A DNA stretch of 64,000 bases from Octopus bimaculoides (Eukaryota). Each line of letters opens with the position of its first letter. Positions within the stretch are counted from its first letter, which is position 1. A program made the translations under genes and the position numbers. The stretch lies in the NCBI RefSeq assembly GCF_001194135.2, contig NC_068982.1, positions 14,860,525-14,924,524 on the forward strand, read 5' to 3'. The notes beneath the pieces are model-generated. The model made no database searches and was not told where the DNA came from. It saw only the letters and a program-made list of their open reading frames with translations. Of the stretch, positions 62,482-64,000 are shown in pieces.

Positions 62482-62879
62482 TTGGTTTGAAAGACCTAAA
62501 TCCACTCCTATCTGCATTGTCTTTATTTTTTAAATATTTTAATTGGATGATATTATTGGAGATTTTAAACACCTGTAGAAGAGTGTTCGCCTTCTAAATG
62601 CATGGATTATCTCAGTTAATCAAAACTTTCAGCCAACTGCATGAACAATTCCGTACATATATTCATATCAGTTGAGAAGTTTCAAGAAGCTTCTTCTTAC
62701 CTTTCAACATTCAGCCACTTTACCTTTTGCTAGTTAGGTACCTTACACCTGTCTTCCATAAAAACTCTTCACATAACTTTCAACTGAGCAGTTCTACATT
62801 ATTACAGCTTTTTAGCAATTAGTTTCCTTTCTATCACTGTTGGTTCACCGATTCCATTTCTTTCCATGAATGATTATTA

Positions 62880-63415
62880 TTGGGTGAGAGAGCAGTGCAT
62901 GCTATCAAAGTGACACTGGGGTATAAATATACAAAGCCCAGCATACCCATCATGACTACCTGTCTGATAAGGGTACACTAGGCACATGCATCACAACCAT
63001 ATATGTGCGACATGGTGATCTCATATCAAGATAAACAGCACTTGACCTTGCAGGTGAATTTTCTCCCACTCCACTCAAAAGGTCCCTGAATAAAGGTCGT
63101 TAAAGGATGTTGAACAAAGCACCCATGTTTCCAAAGGCGAATTATTCAAACCCCAAAGAATTCCTCTCAACACATGGCTATGATGCTCCCCCACTACTTC
63201 TGCTCGTGATCAGAGATGCACATATCGTCAGCCACCAAGGCACATGCTCAACTGGTTAAGGTCAAACAATTGACAAGCAAACCTGTGGTACTGAGCAGAA
63301 TATTTGCTGTAGCCCATCTTTTTATATCAAGACAAAACAATGTACATGATAATACTTGTAATCAATTAAGACCAGAAGCCATGAGAGCCACTGCCTGGTA
63401 CTGCATCAGGGCAAT
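62880..63415. mobile_element. ~535-bp GC-richer insertion flanked by (TTA)n on both sides, unclassified retroelement
   Basis: Sharp compositional change; TTATTAT at the left edge and (TTA)n at the right; no ORF. Confidence 0.5.
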
Positions 63416-63427
63416 TATTATTATTAC

Positions 63428-63462
<35 letters not shown>

Positions 63463-63467
63463 TTTGG

Positions 63468-63860
63468 GTGCAGGTATGGGTGTGCAGTTACAACTTTGTC
63501 TGCAAACCACATGGTTTTGAGTTCATTTCCACAGCATAGCAACTTAGGGACACATGTCTTCTATAGCTCTAAGCCATTCAAAGCTTTGTGAGTGAATTTG
63601 AGAGGTGGAAACTGAATGAAGCCCATCATTTATGTATATTTGTGTCTCCATGTCTCAACATTGTGTGGTAGTTGTAAACAAGTGTAACCATCATCTAAGA
63701 GGTGCTATTCATTTCCAATATTCTGTGGTAATATTAATGTTTGGTCATGGGGAAATATTATCTTGCTTGGCAGCAGGAAGAACATCCTCCCCTAGCATTC
63801 CATCATGTGACCCATGCAAGCATGGAAAAGCGGACGTTAAAGCAAAGATGATGATGACTA
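63468..63860 (+). mobile_element. SINE family A2 (RTE-like tail)
   Basis: A-type head; ends CCCATGCAAGCATGGAAAAGCGGACGTTAAA…GATGATGATG. Confidence 0.8.
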
Positions 63861-64000
63861 TGGTAGGAGTGGATTGACAGAATTGTTAGCATGTTGGGAA
63901 AAAGGGCCTTACAGCATTTCTTCTGGCTCCTTACATTCTGAGTTCAAACTACGCCAAGGACATCTTTGCCTTTCATCTCTCCAGTGTCTCATCATCTTCA

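Overview
AT-rich, gap-containing animal genomic DNA, roughly half repeats. The SINE/LINE content and microsatellite load resemble Octopus (coleoid cephalopod); this is an inference from repeat style, not a database hit. No intact protein-coding gene is recognisable, and nearly all long ORFs in the track are microsatellite or N-gap artefacts. The window holds dozens of tRNA-derived SINEs from several modular families, RTE and R4/Dong LINE remnants, a mariner fragment and TTAA-targeting MITEs. The standout signal is nine hammerhead-ribozyme (HHR) motifs from about seven unrelated short elements, in the minimal type-I architecture known from Penelope-like elements (PLEs). Three have intact cores, three have one or two core/stem changes, two are degenerate and one is a half motif. 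Five lie within 9.6-11.7 kb, including an inverted pair inside a ~790-bp fold-back. Weaker signals are candidate first exons (near 15.55 kb and 46.3-46.5 kb), a candidate recursive splice site (58448/58449) and a miRNA-like hairpin (56.4 kb). Family labels A, A2, B, C1, C2, D and E are my own. Repeat boundaries are approximate.
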